Assembly (NCBI GenBank): GCA_964057225.1
Contig: OZ059898.1
Span: 2,914,001-2,978,000 of the forward strand
Direction: 5' to 3'
Source of the DNA: Auanema rhodensis
Lineage: Eukaryota; Animalia; Nematoda
Length of the DNA stretch: 64,000 bases
Made by a program: the position numbers and the translations under genes
Part shown: in pieces, positions 24,904 to 37,513 of the stretch
Numbering within the stretch: the first letter of the stretch is position 1
Layout: each line of letters opens with the position of its first letter
The notes under the pieces: generated by a model
Seen by the model: only the letters and a program-made list of their open reading frames with translations
What the model was told of the DNA's origin: nothing
The model's database searches: none

Positions 24904-27007
24904 TCGATCTGTGTTATCAGATTTGCGCTAGCTTAAAAATGCACCGAGATATCAACTGATATAAGTTCACACTTATATCCTCGATTTTCACCCTGAAGAA
25001 TTAATTTTTTCGTTGAATAACATTGTCCATCGTCTTTGCCTTGAAAAAAGGAATCTAAAAACATCTACTTTTGCTAGATTATTTCGAAATTTTTCGAAAA
25101 AATTTTTGTCAAAATGTTTTTGGAAGCAATGTTGAGTGTACATAGAAACTCAACATACACTAATGCATAATTTTTTAAACGATCATAACTAATTTTTTTA
25201 TTAAGCGTTTTTTAATGTAGTATAGTGCATTCGATGCGGATTTTTAAGCTGCGTCGATCTGTGTTATCAGATTTGCGCTAGCTTAAAAATGCACCGAGAT
25301 ATCAACTGATATAAGTTCACACTTATATCCTCGATTTTCACCCTGAAGAATTAATTTTTTCGTTGAATAACATTGTCCATCGTCTTTGCCTTGAAAAAAG
25401 GAATCTAAAAACATCTACTTTTTGCTAAATTATATTGAAATTTTTCGAAAAAATTTTTGTCAAAATGTTTTTGGAAGCAATGTTGAGTGTACATGGAAAC
25501 TCAACATACACTAATGCATCATTTTTCAAACGATCATAACTAATTTTTCTATAAAGCGTTTCTCAATGTAGTATAGTGCATTCTATGCGGATTTTTAAGC
25601 TGCGTCGATCCGTGTTATCAGATTTGCGCTAGCTTAAAAATGCACCAAGATATCAACTGATATAAGTTCACACTTATATCCTCGATTTTCACCCTGAAGA
25701 ATTAATTTTTTCGTTGAATAACATTGTCCATCGTCTTTGCCTTGAAAAAAGAAATCTAAAAACATCTACTTTTTGCTAAATTATATTGAAATTTTTCGAA
25801 AAAATTTTTGTCAAAATGTTTTTGGAAGCAATGTTGAGTGTACATGGAAACTCAACATACACTAATGCATCATTTTTCAAACGATCATAACTAATTTTTC
25901 TATAAAGCGTTTCTCAATGTAGTATAGTGCATTCTATGCGGATTTTTAAGCTGCGTCGATCTGTGTTATCAGATTTGCGCTAGCTTAAAAATGCACCGAG
26001 ATATCAACTGATATAAGTTCACACTTATATCCTCGATTTTCACCCTGAAGAATTAATTTTTTCGTTGAATAACATTGTCCATCGTCTTTGCCTTGAAAAA
26101 AGGAATCTAAAAACATCTACTTTTGCTAGATTATTTCGAAATTTTTCGAAAAAATTTTTGTCAAAATGTTTTTGGAAGCAATGTTGAGTGTACATAGAAA
26201 CTCAACATACACTAATGCATAATTTTTTAAACGATCATAACTAATTTTTTTATTAAGCGTTTTTTAATGTAGTATAGTGCATTCGATGCGGATTTTTAAG
26301 CTGCGTCGATCTGTGTTATCAGATTTGCGCTAGCTTAAAAATGCACCGAGATATCAACTGATATAAGTTCACACTTATATCCTCGATTTTCACCCTGAAG
26401 AATTAATTTTTTCGTTGAATAACATTGTCCATCGTCTTTGCCTTGAAAAAAGGAATCTAAAAACATCTACTTTTTGCTAAATTATATTGAAATTTTTCGA
26501 AAAAATTTTTGTCAAAATGTTTTTGGAAGCAATGTTGAGTGTACATGGAAACTCAACATACACTAATGCATCATTTTTCAAACGATCATAACTAATTTTT
26601 CTATAAAGCGTTTCTCAATGTAGTATAGTGCATTCTATGCGGATTTTTAAGCTGCGTCGATCCGTGTTATCAGATTTGCGCTAGCTTAAAAATGCACCAA
26701 GATATCAACTGATATAAGTTCACACTTATATCCTCGATTTTCACCCTGAAGAATTAATTTTTTCGTTGAATAACATTGTCCATCGTCTTTGCCTTGAAAA
26801 AAGAAATCTAAAAACATCTACTTTTTGCTAAATTATATTGAAATTTTTCGAAAAAATTTTTGTCAAAATGTTTTTGGAAGCAATGTTGAGTGTACATGGA
26901 AACTCAACATACACTAATGCATCATTTTTCAAACGATCATAACTAATTTTTCTATAAAGCGTTTCTCAATGTAGTATAGTGCATTCTATGCGGATTTTTA
27001 AGCTGCG
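24904..27007. repeat. Tandem 3-mer duplication (1052-bp period)
   Basis: 24904-25955 matches 25956-27007 (ATTTCGAA/TTTTTAATG 350-mer, TTCTATG monomer, GATCCGTG monomer). Confidence 0.88.
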
Positions 27008-30000
27008 TCGATCTGTGTTATCAGATTTGCGCTAGCTTAAAAATGCACCGAGATATCAACTGATATAAGTTCACACTTATATCCTCGATTTTCACCCTGA
27101 AGAATTAATTTTTTCGTTGAATAACATTGTCCATCGTCTTTGCCTTGAAAAAAGGAATCTAAAAACATCTACTTTTTGCTAAATTATATTGAAATTTTTC
27201 GAAAAAATTATTGTCAAAATGTTTTTGGAAGCAATGTTGAGTGTACATGGAAACTCAACATACACTAATGCATCATTTTTCAAACGATCATAACTAATTT
27301 TTCTATAAAGCGTTTTTCAATGTAGTATAGTGCATTCTATGCGGATTTTTAAGCTGCGTCGATCTGTGTTATCAGATTTGCGCTAGCTTAAAAATGCACC
27401 GAGATATCAACTGATATAAGTTCACACTTATATCCTCGATTTTCACCCTGAAGAATTAATTTTTTCGTTGAATAACATTGTCCATCGTCTTCGCTTCGAA
27501 AAAAGAAATCTAAAAACATCTACTTTTTGCTAAATTATATTGAAATTTTTCGAAAAAATTTTTGTCAAAATGTTTTTGGAAGCAATGTTGAGTGTACATG
27601 GAAACTCAACATACACTAATGCATCATTTTTTAAACGATCATAACTAATTTTTTTATTAAGCGTTCTTCAATGTAGTATAGTGCATTCGATGCGGATTTT
27701 TAAGCTGCGTCGATCTGTGTTATCAGATTTGCGCTAGCTTAAAAATGCACCGAGATATCAACTGATATAAGTTCACACTTATATCCTCGATTTTCACCCT
27801 GAAGAATTAATTTTATCGTTGAATAACATTGTCCATCGTCTTTGCCTTGAAAAAAGGAATCTAAAAACATCTACTTTTGCTAGATTATTTTGAAATTTTT
27901 CGAAAAAATTTTTGTCAAAATGTTTTTGGAAGCAATGTTGAGTGTACATAGAAACTCAACATACACTAATGCATAATTTTTTAAACGATCATAACTAATT
28001 TTTTTATTAAGCGTTTTTTAATGTAGTATAGTGCATTCGATGCGGATTTTTAAGCTGCGTCGATCTGTGTTATCAGATTTGCGCTAGCTTAAAAATGCAC
28101 CGAGATATCAACTGATATAAGTTCACACTTATATCCTCGATTTTCACCCTGAAGAATTAATTTTTTCGTTGAATAACATTGTCCATCGTCTTTGCCTTGA
28201 AAAAAGGAATCTAAAAACATCTACTTTTTGCTAAATTATATTGAAATTTTTCGAAAAAATTTTTGTCAAAATGTTTTTGGAAGCAATGTTGAGTGTACAT
28301 GGAAACTCAACATACACTAATGCATCATTTTTCAAACGATCATAACTAATTTTTCTATAAAGCGTTTCTCAATGTAGTATAGTGCATTCGATGCGGATTT
28401 TTAAGCTGCGTCGATCCGTGTTATCAGATTTGCGCTAGCTTAAAAATGCACCAAGATATCAACTGATATAAGTTCACACTTATATCCTCGATTTTCACCC
28501 TGAAGAATTAATTTTTTCGTTGAATAACATTGTCCATCGTCTTTGCCTTGAAAAAAGGAATCTAAAAACATCTACTTTTTGCTAAATTATATTGAAATTT
28601 TTCGAAAAAATTTTTGTCAAAATGTTTTTGGAAGCAATGTTGAGTGTACATGGAAACTCAACATACACTAATGCATCATTTTTCAAACGATCATAACTAA
28701 TTTTTCTATAAAGCGTTTTTCAATGTAGTATAGTGCATTCGATGCGGATTTTTAAGCTGCGTCGATCTGTGTTATCAGATTTGCGCTAGCTTAAAAATGC
28801 ACCAAGATATCAACTGATATAAGTTCACACTTATATCCTCGATTTTCACCCTGAAGAATTAATTTTTTCGTTGAATAACATTGTCCATCGTCTTTGCCTT
28901 GAAAAAAGAAATCTAAAAACATCTATTTTTTGCTAAATTATATTGAAATTTTTCGAAAAAATTTTTGTCAAAATGTTTTTGGAAGCAATGTTGAGTGTAC
29001 ATGGAAACTCAACATACACTAATGCATCATTTTTCAAACGATCATAACTAATTTTTGTATTAAGCGTTTTTCAATGTAGTATAGTGCATTCGATGCGGAT
29101 TTTTAAGCTGCGTCGATCTGTTTTATCAGATTTGCGCTAGCTTAAAAATGCACCGAGATATCAACTGATATAAGTTCACACTTATATCCTCGATTTTCAC
29201 CCTGAAGAATTAATTTTTTCGTTGAATAACATTGTCCATCGTCTTTGCCTTGAAAAAAGGAATCTAAAAACATCTACTTTTGCTAGATTATTTTGAAATT
29301 TTTCGAAAAAATTTTTGTCAAAATGTTTTTGGAAGCAATGTTGAGTGTACATGGAAACTCAACATACACTAATGCATCATTTTTCAAACGATCATTACTA
29401 ATTTTTCTATAAAGCGTTTCTCAATGTAGTATAGTGCATTCGATGCGGATTTTTAAGCTGCGTCGATCTGTGTTATCAGATTTGCGCTAGCTTAAAAATG
29501 CACCAAGATATCAACTGATATGAGTTCACACTTATATCCTCGATTTTCACCCTGAAGAATTAATTTTTTCGTTGAATAACAGTGTCCATCGTCTTTGCCT
29601 TGAAAAAAGAAATCTAAAAACATCTACTTTTTGCTAGATTATTTTGAAATTTTTCGAAAAAATTTTTGTCAAAATGTTTTTGGAAGCAATGTTGAGTGTA
29701 CATGGAAACTCAACATACACTAATGCATCATTTTTTAAACGATCATAACTAATTTTTTTATTAAGCGTTTTTCAATGTAGTATAGTGCATTCGATGCGGA
29801 TTTTTAAGCTGCGTCGATCTGTGTTATCAGATTTGCGCTAGCTTGAAAATGCACCGAGATATCAACTGATATAAGTTCACACTTATATCCTCGATTTTCA
29901 CCCTGAAGAATTAATTTTTTCGTTGAATAACATTGTCCATCGTCTTTGCCTTGAAAAAAAGAATCTAAAAACATCTACTTTTGCTAGATTATTTTGAAAT

Positions 30001-32619
30001 TTTTCGAAAAAATTTTTGTCAAAATGTTTTTGGAAGCAATGTTGAGTGTACATAGAAACTCAACATACACTAATGCATAATTTTTTAAACGATCATAACT
30101 AATTTTTTTATTAAGCGTTTTTTAATGTAGTATAGTGCATTCGATGCGGATTTTTAAGCTGCGTCGATCTGTGTTATCAGATTTGCGCTAGCTTAAAAAT
30201 GCACCGAGATATCAACTGATATAAGTTCACACTTATATCCTCGATTTTCACCCTGAAGAATTAATTTTTTCGTTGAATAACATTGTCCATCGTCTTTGCC
30301 TTGAAAAAAGGAATCTAAAAACATCTACTTTTTGCTAAATTATATTGAAATTTTTCGAAAAAATTTTTGTCAAAATGTTTTTGGAAGCAATGTTGAGTGT
30401 ACATGGAAACTCAACATACACTAATACATCATTTTTCAAACGATCATAACTAATTTTTCTATAAAGCGTTTCTCAATGTAGTATAGTGCATTCGATGCGG
30501 ATTTTTAAGCTGCGTCGATCTGTGTTATCAGATTTGCGCTAGCTTAAAAATGCACCAAGATATCAACTGATATAAGTTCACACTTATATCCTCGATTTTC
30601 ACCCTGAAGAATTAATTTTTTCGTTGAATAACATTGTCCATCGTCTTTGCCTTGAAAAAAGAAATCTAAAAACATCTACTTTTTGCTAAATTATATTGAA
30701 ATTTTTCGAAAAAATTTTTGTCAAAATGTTTTTGGAAGCAATGTTGAGTGTACATGGAAACTCAACATACACTAATGCATCATTTTTCAAACGATCATAA
30801 CTAATTTTTCTATAAAGCGTTTCTCAATGTAGTATAGTGCATTCTATGCGGATTTTTAAGCTGCGTCGATCTGTGTTATCAGATTTGCGCTAGCTTAAAA
30901 ATGCACCGAGATATCAACTGATATAAGTTCACACTTATATCCTCGATTTTCACCCTGAAGAATTAATTTTTTCGTTGAATAACATTGTCCATCGTCTTTG
31001 CCTTGAAAAAAGGAATCTAAAAACATCTACTTTTTGCTAAATTATATTGAAATTTTTCGAAAAAATTTTTGTCAAAATGTTTTTGGAAGCAATGTTGAGT
31101 GTACATGGAAACTCAACATACACTAATGCATCATTTTTCAAACGATCATAACTAATTTTTCTATAAAGCGTTTTTCAATGTAGTATAGTGCATTCGATGC
31201 GGATTTTTAAGCTGCGTCGATCTGTGTTATCAGATTTGCGCTAGCTTAAAAATGCACCAAGATATCAACTGATATAAGTTCACACTTATATCCTCGATTT
31301 TCACCCTGAAGAATTAATTTTTTCGTTGAATAACATTGTCCATCGTCTTTGCCTTGAAAAAAGAAATCTAAAAACATCTATTTTTTGCTAAATTATATTG
31401 AAATTTTTCGAAAAAATTTTTGTCAAAATGTTTTTGGAAGCAATGTTGAGTGTACATGGAAACTCAACATACACTAATGCATCATTTTTCAAACGATCAT
31501 AACTAATTTTTGTATTAAGCGTTTTTCAATGTAGTATAGTGCATTCGATGCGGATTTTTAAGCTGCGTCGATCTGTTTTATCAGATTTGCGCTAGCTTAA
31601 AAATGCACCGAGATATCAACTGATATAAGTTCACACTTATATCCTCGATTTTCACCCTGAAGAATTAATTTTTTCGTTGAATAACAATGTCCATCGTCTT
31701 TGCCTTAAAAAAAGGAATCTAAAAACATCTACTTTTGCTAGATTATTTTGAAATTTCTCGAAAAAATTTTTGTCAAAATGTTTTTGGAAGCAATGTTGAG
31801 TGTACATAGAAACTCAACATACACTAATGCATAATTTTTCAAACGATCATAACTAATTTTTGTATTAAGCGTTTTTCAATGTAGTATAGTGCATTCGATG
31901 CGGATTTTTAAGCTGCGTCGATCTGTGTTATCAGATTTGCGCTAGCTTAAAAATAAACCGAGATATCAACTGATATAAGTTCACACTTATATCCTCGATT
32001 TTCACCCTGAAGAATTAATTTTTTCGTTGAATAACAATGTCCATCGTCTTTGCCTTGAAAAAAGGAATCTAAAAACATCTACTTTTTGCTAAATTATTTT
32101 GAAATTTTTCGAAAAAATTTTTGTCAAAATGTTTTTGGAAGCAATGTTGAGTGTACATGGAAACTCAACATACACTAATGCATCATTTTTCAAACGATCA
32201 TAACTAATTTTTGTATTAAGCGTTTCTCAATGTAGTATAGTGCATTCGATGCGGATTTTTAAGCTGCGTCGATCTGTGTTATCAGATTTGCGCTAGCTTA
32301 AAAATGCACCGAGATATCAACTGATATAAGTTCACACTTATATCCTCGATTTTCACCCTGAAGAATTGATTTTTTCGTTGAATAACATTGTCCATCGTCT
32401 TTGCCTTGAAAAAAGAAATCTAAAAACATCTACTTTTTGCTAAATTATATTGAAATTTTTCGAAAAAATTTTTGTCAAAATGTTTTTGGAAGCAATGTTG
32501 AGTGTACATGGAAACTCAACATACACTAATGCATAATTTTTCAAACGATCATAACTAATTTTTGTATTAAGCGTTTCTCAATGTAGTATAGTGCATTCGA
32601 TGCGGATTTTTAAGCTGCG

Positions 32620-32953
32620 TCGATCTGTAGCTTAAAAATGCACCAAGATATCAACTGATATAAGTTCACACTTATATCCTCGATTTTCACCCTGAAGAAT
32701 TAATTTTTTCGTTGAATAACATTGTCCATCGTCTTTGCCTTGAAAAAAGGAATCTAAAAACATCTACTTTTTGCTAAATTATATTGAAATTTTTCGAAAA
32801 AATTTTTGTCAAAATGTTTTTGGAAGCAATGTTGAGTGTACATGGAAACTCAACATACACTAATGCATCATTTTTCAAACGATCATAACTAATTTTTCTA
32901 TAAAGCGTTTCTCAATGTAGTATAGTGCATTCGATGCGGATTTTTAAGCTGCG
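32620..32953. repeat. Single 334-bp monomer with a 17-bp deletion
   Basis: TCGATCTGT|AGCTTAAAAATG at 32628/32629; GTTATCAGATTTGCGCT is missing. The next monomer starts at 32954. Confidence 0.95.
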
Positions 32954-33303
32954 TCGATCTGTGTTATCAGATTTGCGCTAGCTTAAAAATGCACCGAGAT
33001 ATCAACTGATATAAGTTCACACTTATATCCTCGATTTTCACCCTGAAGAATTGATTTTTTTGTTGAATAACATTGTCCATCGTCTTTGCCTTGAAAAAAG
33101 GAATCTAAAAACATCTACTTTTGCTAGATTATTTCGAAATTTCTCGAAAAAATTTTTGTCAAAATGTTTTTGGAAGCAATGTTGAGTGTACATGGAAACT
33201 CAACATACACTAATGCATAATTTTTCAAACGATCATAACTAATTTTTGTATTAAGCGTTTTTCAATGTAGTATAGTGCATTCGATGCGGATTTTTAAGCT
33301 GCG

Positions 33304-34705
33304 TCGATCTGTGTTATCAGATTTGCGCTAGCTTAAAAATGCACCGAGATATCAACTGATATAAGTTCACACTTATATCCTCGATTTTCACCCTGAAGAA
33401 TTGATTTTTTCGTTGAATAACATTGTCCATCGTCTTTGCCTTGAAAAAAGGAATCTAAAAACATCTACTTTTGCTAGATTATTTTGAAATTTTTCGAAAA
33501 AATTTTTGTCAAAATGTTTTTGGAAGCAATGTTGAGTGTACATGGAAACTCAACATACACTAATGCATCATTTTTTAAACGATCATAACTAATTTTTTTA
33601 TTAAGCGTTTTTCAATGCAGTATAGTGCATTCGATGCGGATTTTTAAGCTGCGTCGATCTGTGTTATCAGATTTGCGCTAGCTTAAAAATGCACCGAGAT
33701 ATCAACTGATATAAGTTCACACTTATATCCTCGATTTTCACCCTGAAGAATTAATTTTTTCGTTGAATAACATTGTCCATCGTCTTTGCCTTGAAAAAAG
33801 GAATCTAAAAACATCTACTTTTTGCTAAATTATATTGAAATTTTTCGAAAAAATTTTTGTCAAAATGTTTTTGGAAGCAATGTTGAGTGTACATGGAAAC
33901 TCAACATACACTAATGCATCATTTTTCAAACGATCATAACTAATTTTTCTATAAAGCGTTTCTCAATGTAGTATAGTGCATTCGATGCGGATTTTTAAGC
34001 TGCGTCGATCTGTGTTATCAGATTTGCGCTAGCTTAAAAATGCACCAAGATATCAACTGATATAAGTTCACACTTATATCCTCGATTTTCACCCTGAAGA
34101 ATTGATTTTTTCGTTGAATAACATTGTCCATCGTCTTTGCCTTGAAAAAAGGAATCTAAAAACATCTACTTTTGCTAGATTATTTTGAAATTTTTCGAAA
34201 AAATTTTTGTCAAAATGTTTTTGGAAGCAATGTTGAGTGTACATGGAAACTCAACATACACTAATGCATCATTTTTTAAACGATCATAACTAATTTTTTT
34301 ATTAAGCGTTTTTCAATGCAGTATAGTGCATTCGATGCGGATTTTTAAGCTGCGTCGATCTGTGTTATCAGATTTGCGCTAGCTTAAAAATGCACCGAGA
34401 TATCAACTGATATAAGTTCACACTTATATCCTCGATTTTCACCCTGAAGAATTAATTTTTTCGTTGAATAACATTGTCCATCGTCTTTGCCTTGAAAAAA
34501 GGAATCTAAAAACATCTACTTTTTGCTAAATTATATTGAAATTTTTCGAAAAAATTTTTGTCAAAATGTTTTTGGAAGCAATGTTGAGTGTACATGGAAA
34601 CTCAACATACACTAATGCATCATTTTTCAAACGATCATAACTAATTTTTCTATAAAGCGTTTCTCAATGTAGTATAGTGCATTCGATGCGGATTTTTAAG
34701 CTGCG
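33304..34705. repeat. Tandem 2-mer duplication (701-bp period)
   Basis: A 350-mer with TTGATT and ATGCAG occurs at 33304 and 34005, each followed by a matching 351-mer. Confidence 0.8.
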
Positions 34706-37513
34706 TCGATCTGTGTTATCAGATTTGCGCTAGCTTAAAAATGCACCAAGATATCAACTGATATAAGTTCACACTTATATCCTCGATTTTCACCCTGAAG
34801 AATTAATTTTTTCGTTGAATAACATTGTCCATCGTCTTTGCCTTGAAAAAAGAAATCTAAAAACATCTATTTTTTGCTAAATTATATTGAAATTTTTCGA
34901 AAAAATTTTTGTCAAAATGTTTTTGGAAGCAATGTTGAGTGTACATGGAAACTCAACATACACTAATGCATCATTTTTCAAACGATCATAACTAATTTTT
35001 CTATAAAGCGTTTCTCAATGTAGTATAGTGCATTCGATGCGGATTTTTAAGCTGCGTCGATCTGTGTTATCAGATTTGCGCTAGCTTAAAAATGCACCAA
35101 GATATCAACTGATATAAGTTCACACTTATATCCTCGATTTTCACCCTGAAGAATTAATTTTTTCGTTGAATAACATTGTCCATCGTCTTTGCCTTGAAAA
35201 AAGAAATCTAAAAACATCTATTTTTTGCTAAATTATATTGAAATTTTTCGAAAAAATTTTTGTCAAAATGTTTTTGGAAGCAATGTTGAGTGTACATGGA
35301 AACTCAACATACACTAATGCATCATTTTTCAAACGATCATAACTAATTTTTGTATTAAGCGTTTTTCAATGTAGTATAGTGCATTCGATGCGGATTTTTA
35401 AGCTGCGTCGATCTGTTTTATCAGATTTGCGCTAGCTTAAAAATGCACCGAGATATCAACTGATATAAGTTCACACTTATATCCTCGATTTTCACCCTGA
35501 AGAATTAATTTTTTCGTTGAATAACAATGTCCATCGTCTTTGCCTTGAAAAAAGAAATCTAAAAACATCTACTTTTTGCTAAATTATATTGAAATTTTTC
35601 GAAAAAATTTTTGTCAAAATGTTTTTGAAAGCAATGTTGAGTGTACATGGAAACTCAACATACACTAATGCATAATTTTTCAAACGATCATAACTAATTT
35701 TTGTATTAAGCGTTTCTCAATGTAGTATAGTGCATTCGATGCGGATTTTTAAGCTGCGTCGATCTGTGTTATCAGATTTGCGCTAGCTTAAAAATGCACC
35801 AAGATATCAACTGATATAAGTTCACACTTATATCCTCGATTTTCACCCTGAAGAATTAATTTTTTCGTTGAATAACATTGTCCATCGTCTTTGCCTTGAA
35901 AAAAGAAATCTAAAAACATCTACTTTTTGCCAAATTATTTTGAAATTTTTCGAAAAAATTTTTGTCAAAATGTTTTTGGAAGCAATGTTGAGTGTACATG
36001 GAAACTCAACATACACTAATGCATCATTTTTCAAACGATCATAACTAATTTTTGTATTAAGCGTTTCTCAATGAAGTATAGTGCATTCGATGCGGATTTT
36101 TAAGCTGCGTCGATCTGTGTTATCAGATTTGCGCTAGCTTAAAAATGCACCGAGATATCAACTGATATAAGCTCACACTTATATCCTCGATGTTCACCCT
36201 GAAGAATTAATTTTTTCGTTGAATAACATTGTCCATCGTCTTTGCCTTAGAAAAAGGAATCTAAAAACATCTACTTTTTGCTAATTTATTTTGAAATTTT
36301 TCGAAAAAATTTTTGTCAAAATGTTTTTGGAAGCAATGTTGAGTGTACATGGAAACTCAACATACACTAATGCATCATTTTTCAAACGATCATAACTAAT
36401 TTTTGTATTAAGCGTTTCTCAATGTAGTATAGTGCATTCGATGCGGATTTTTAAGCTGCGTCGATCTGTGTTATCAGATTTGCGCTAGCTTAAAAATAAA
36501 CCGAGATATCAACTGATATAAGTTCACACTTATATCCTCGATTTTCACCCTGAAGAATTAATTTTTTCGTTGAATAACAATGTCCATCGTCTTTGCCTTG
36601 AAAAAAGGAATCTAAAAACATCTACTTTTTGCTAAATTATTTCGAAATTTTTCGAAAAAATTTTTGTCAAAATGTTTTTGGAAGCAATGTTGAGTGTACA
36701 TGGAAACTCAACATACACTAATGCATAATTTTTCAAACGATCATAACTAATTTTTGTATTAAGCGTTTCTCAATGTAGTATAGTGCATTCGATGCGGATT
36801 TTTAAGCTGCGTCGATCTGTGTTATCAGATTTGCGCTAGCTTAAAAATGCACCAAGATATCAACTGATATAAGTTCACACTTATATCCTCGATTTTCACC
36901 CTGAAGAATTAATTTTTTCGTTGAATAACATTGTCCATCGTCTTTGCCTTGAAAAAAGAAATCTAAAAACATCTACTTTTTGCTAAATTATATTGAAATT
37001 TTTCGAAAAAATTTTTGTCAAAATGTTTTTGGAAGCAATGTTGAGTGTACATGGAAACTCAACATACACTAACGCATAATTTTTCAAACGATCATAACTA
37101 ATTTTTGTATTAAGCGTTTCTCAATGTAGTATAGTGCATTCGATGCGGATTTTTAAGTTGCGTCGATCTGTGTTATCAGATTTGCGCTAGCTTAAAAATG
37201 CACCAAGATATCAACTGATATAAGTTCACACTTATATCCTCGATTTTCACCCTGAAGAATTAATTTTTTCGTTGAATTACATTGTCCATCGTCTTTGCCT
37301 TGAAAAAAGAAATCTAAAAACATCTATTTTTTGCTAAATTATATTGAAATTTTTCGAAAAAATTTTTGTCAAAATGTTTTTGGAAGCAATGTTGAGTGTA
37401 CATGGAAACTCAACATACACTAATGCATCATTTTTCAAACGATCATAACTAATTTTTCTATAAAGCGTTTCTCAATGTAGTATAGTGCATTCGATGCGGA
37501 TTTTTAAGCTGCG

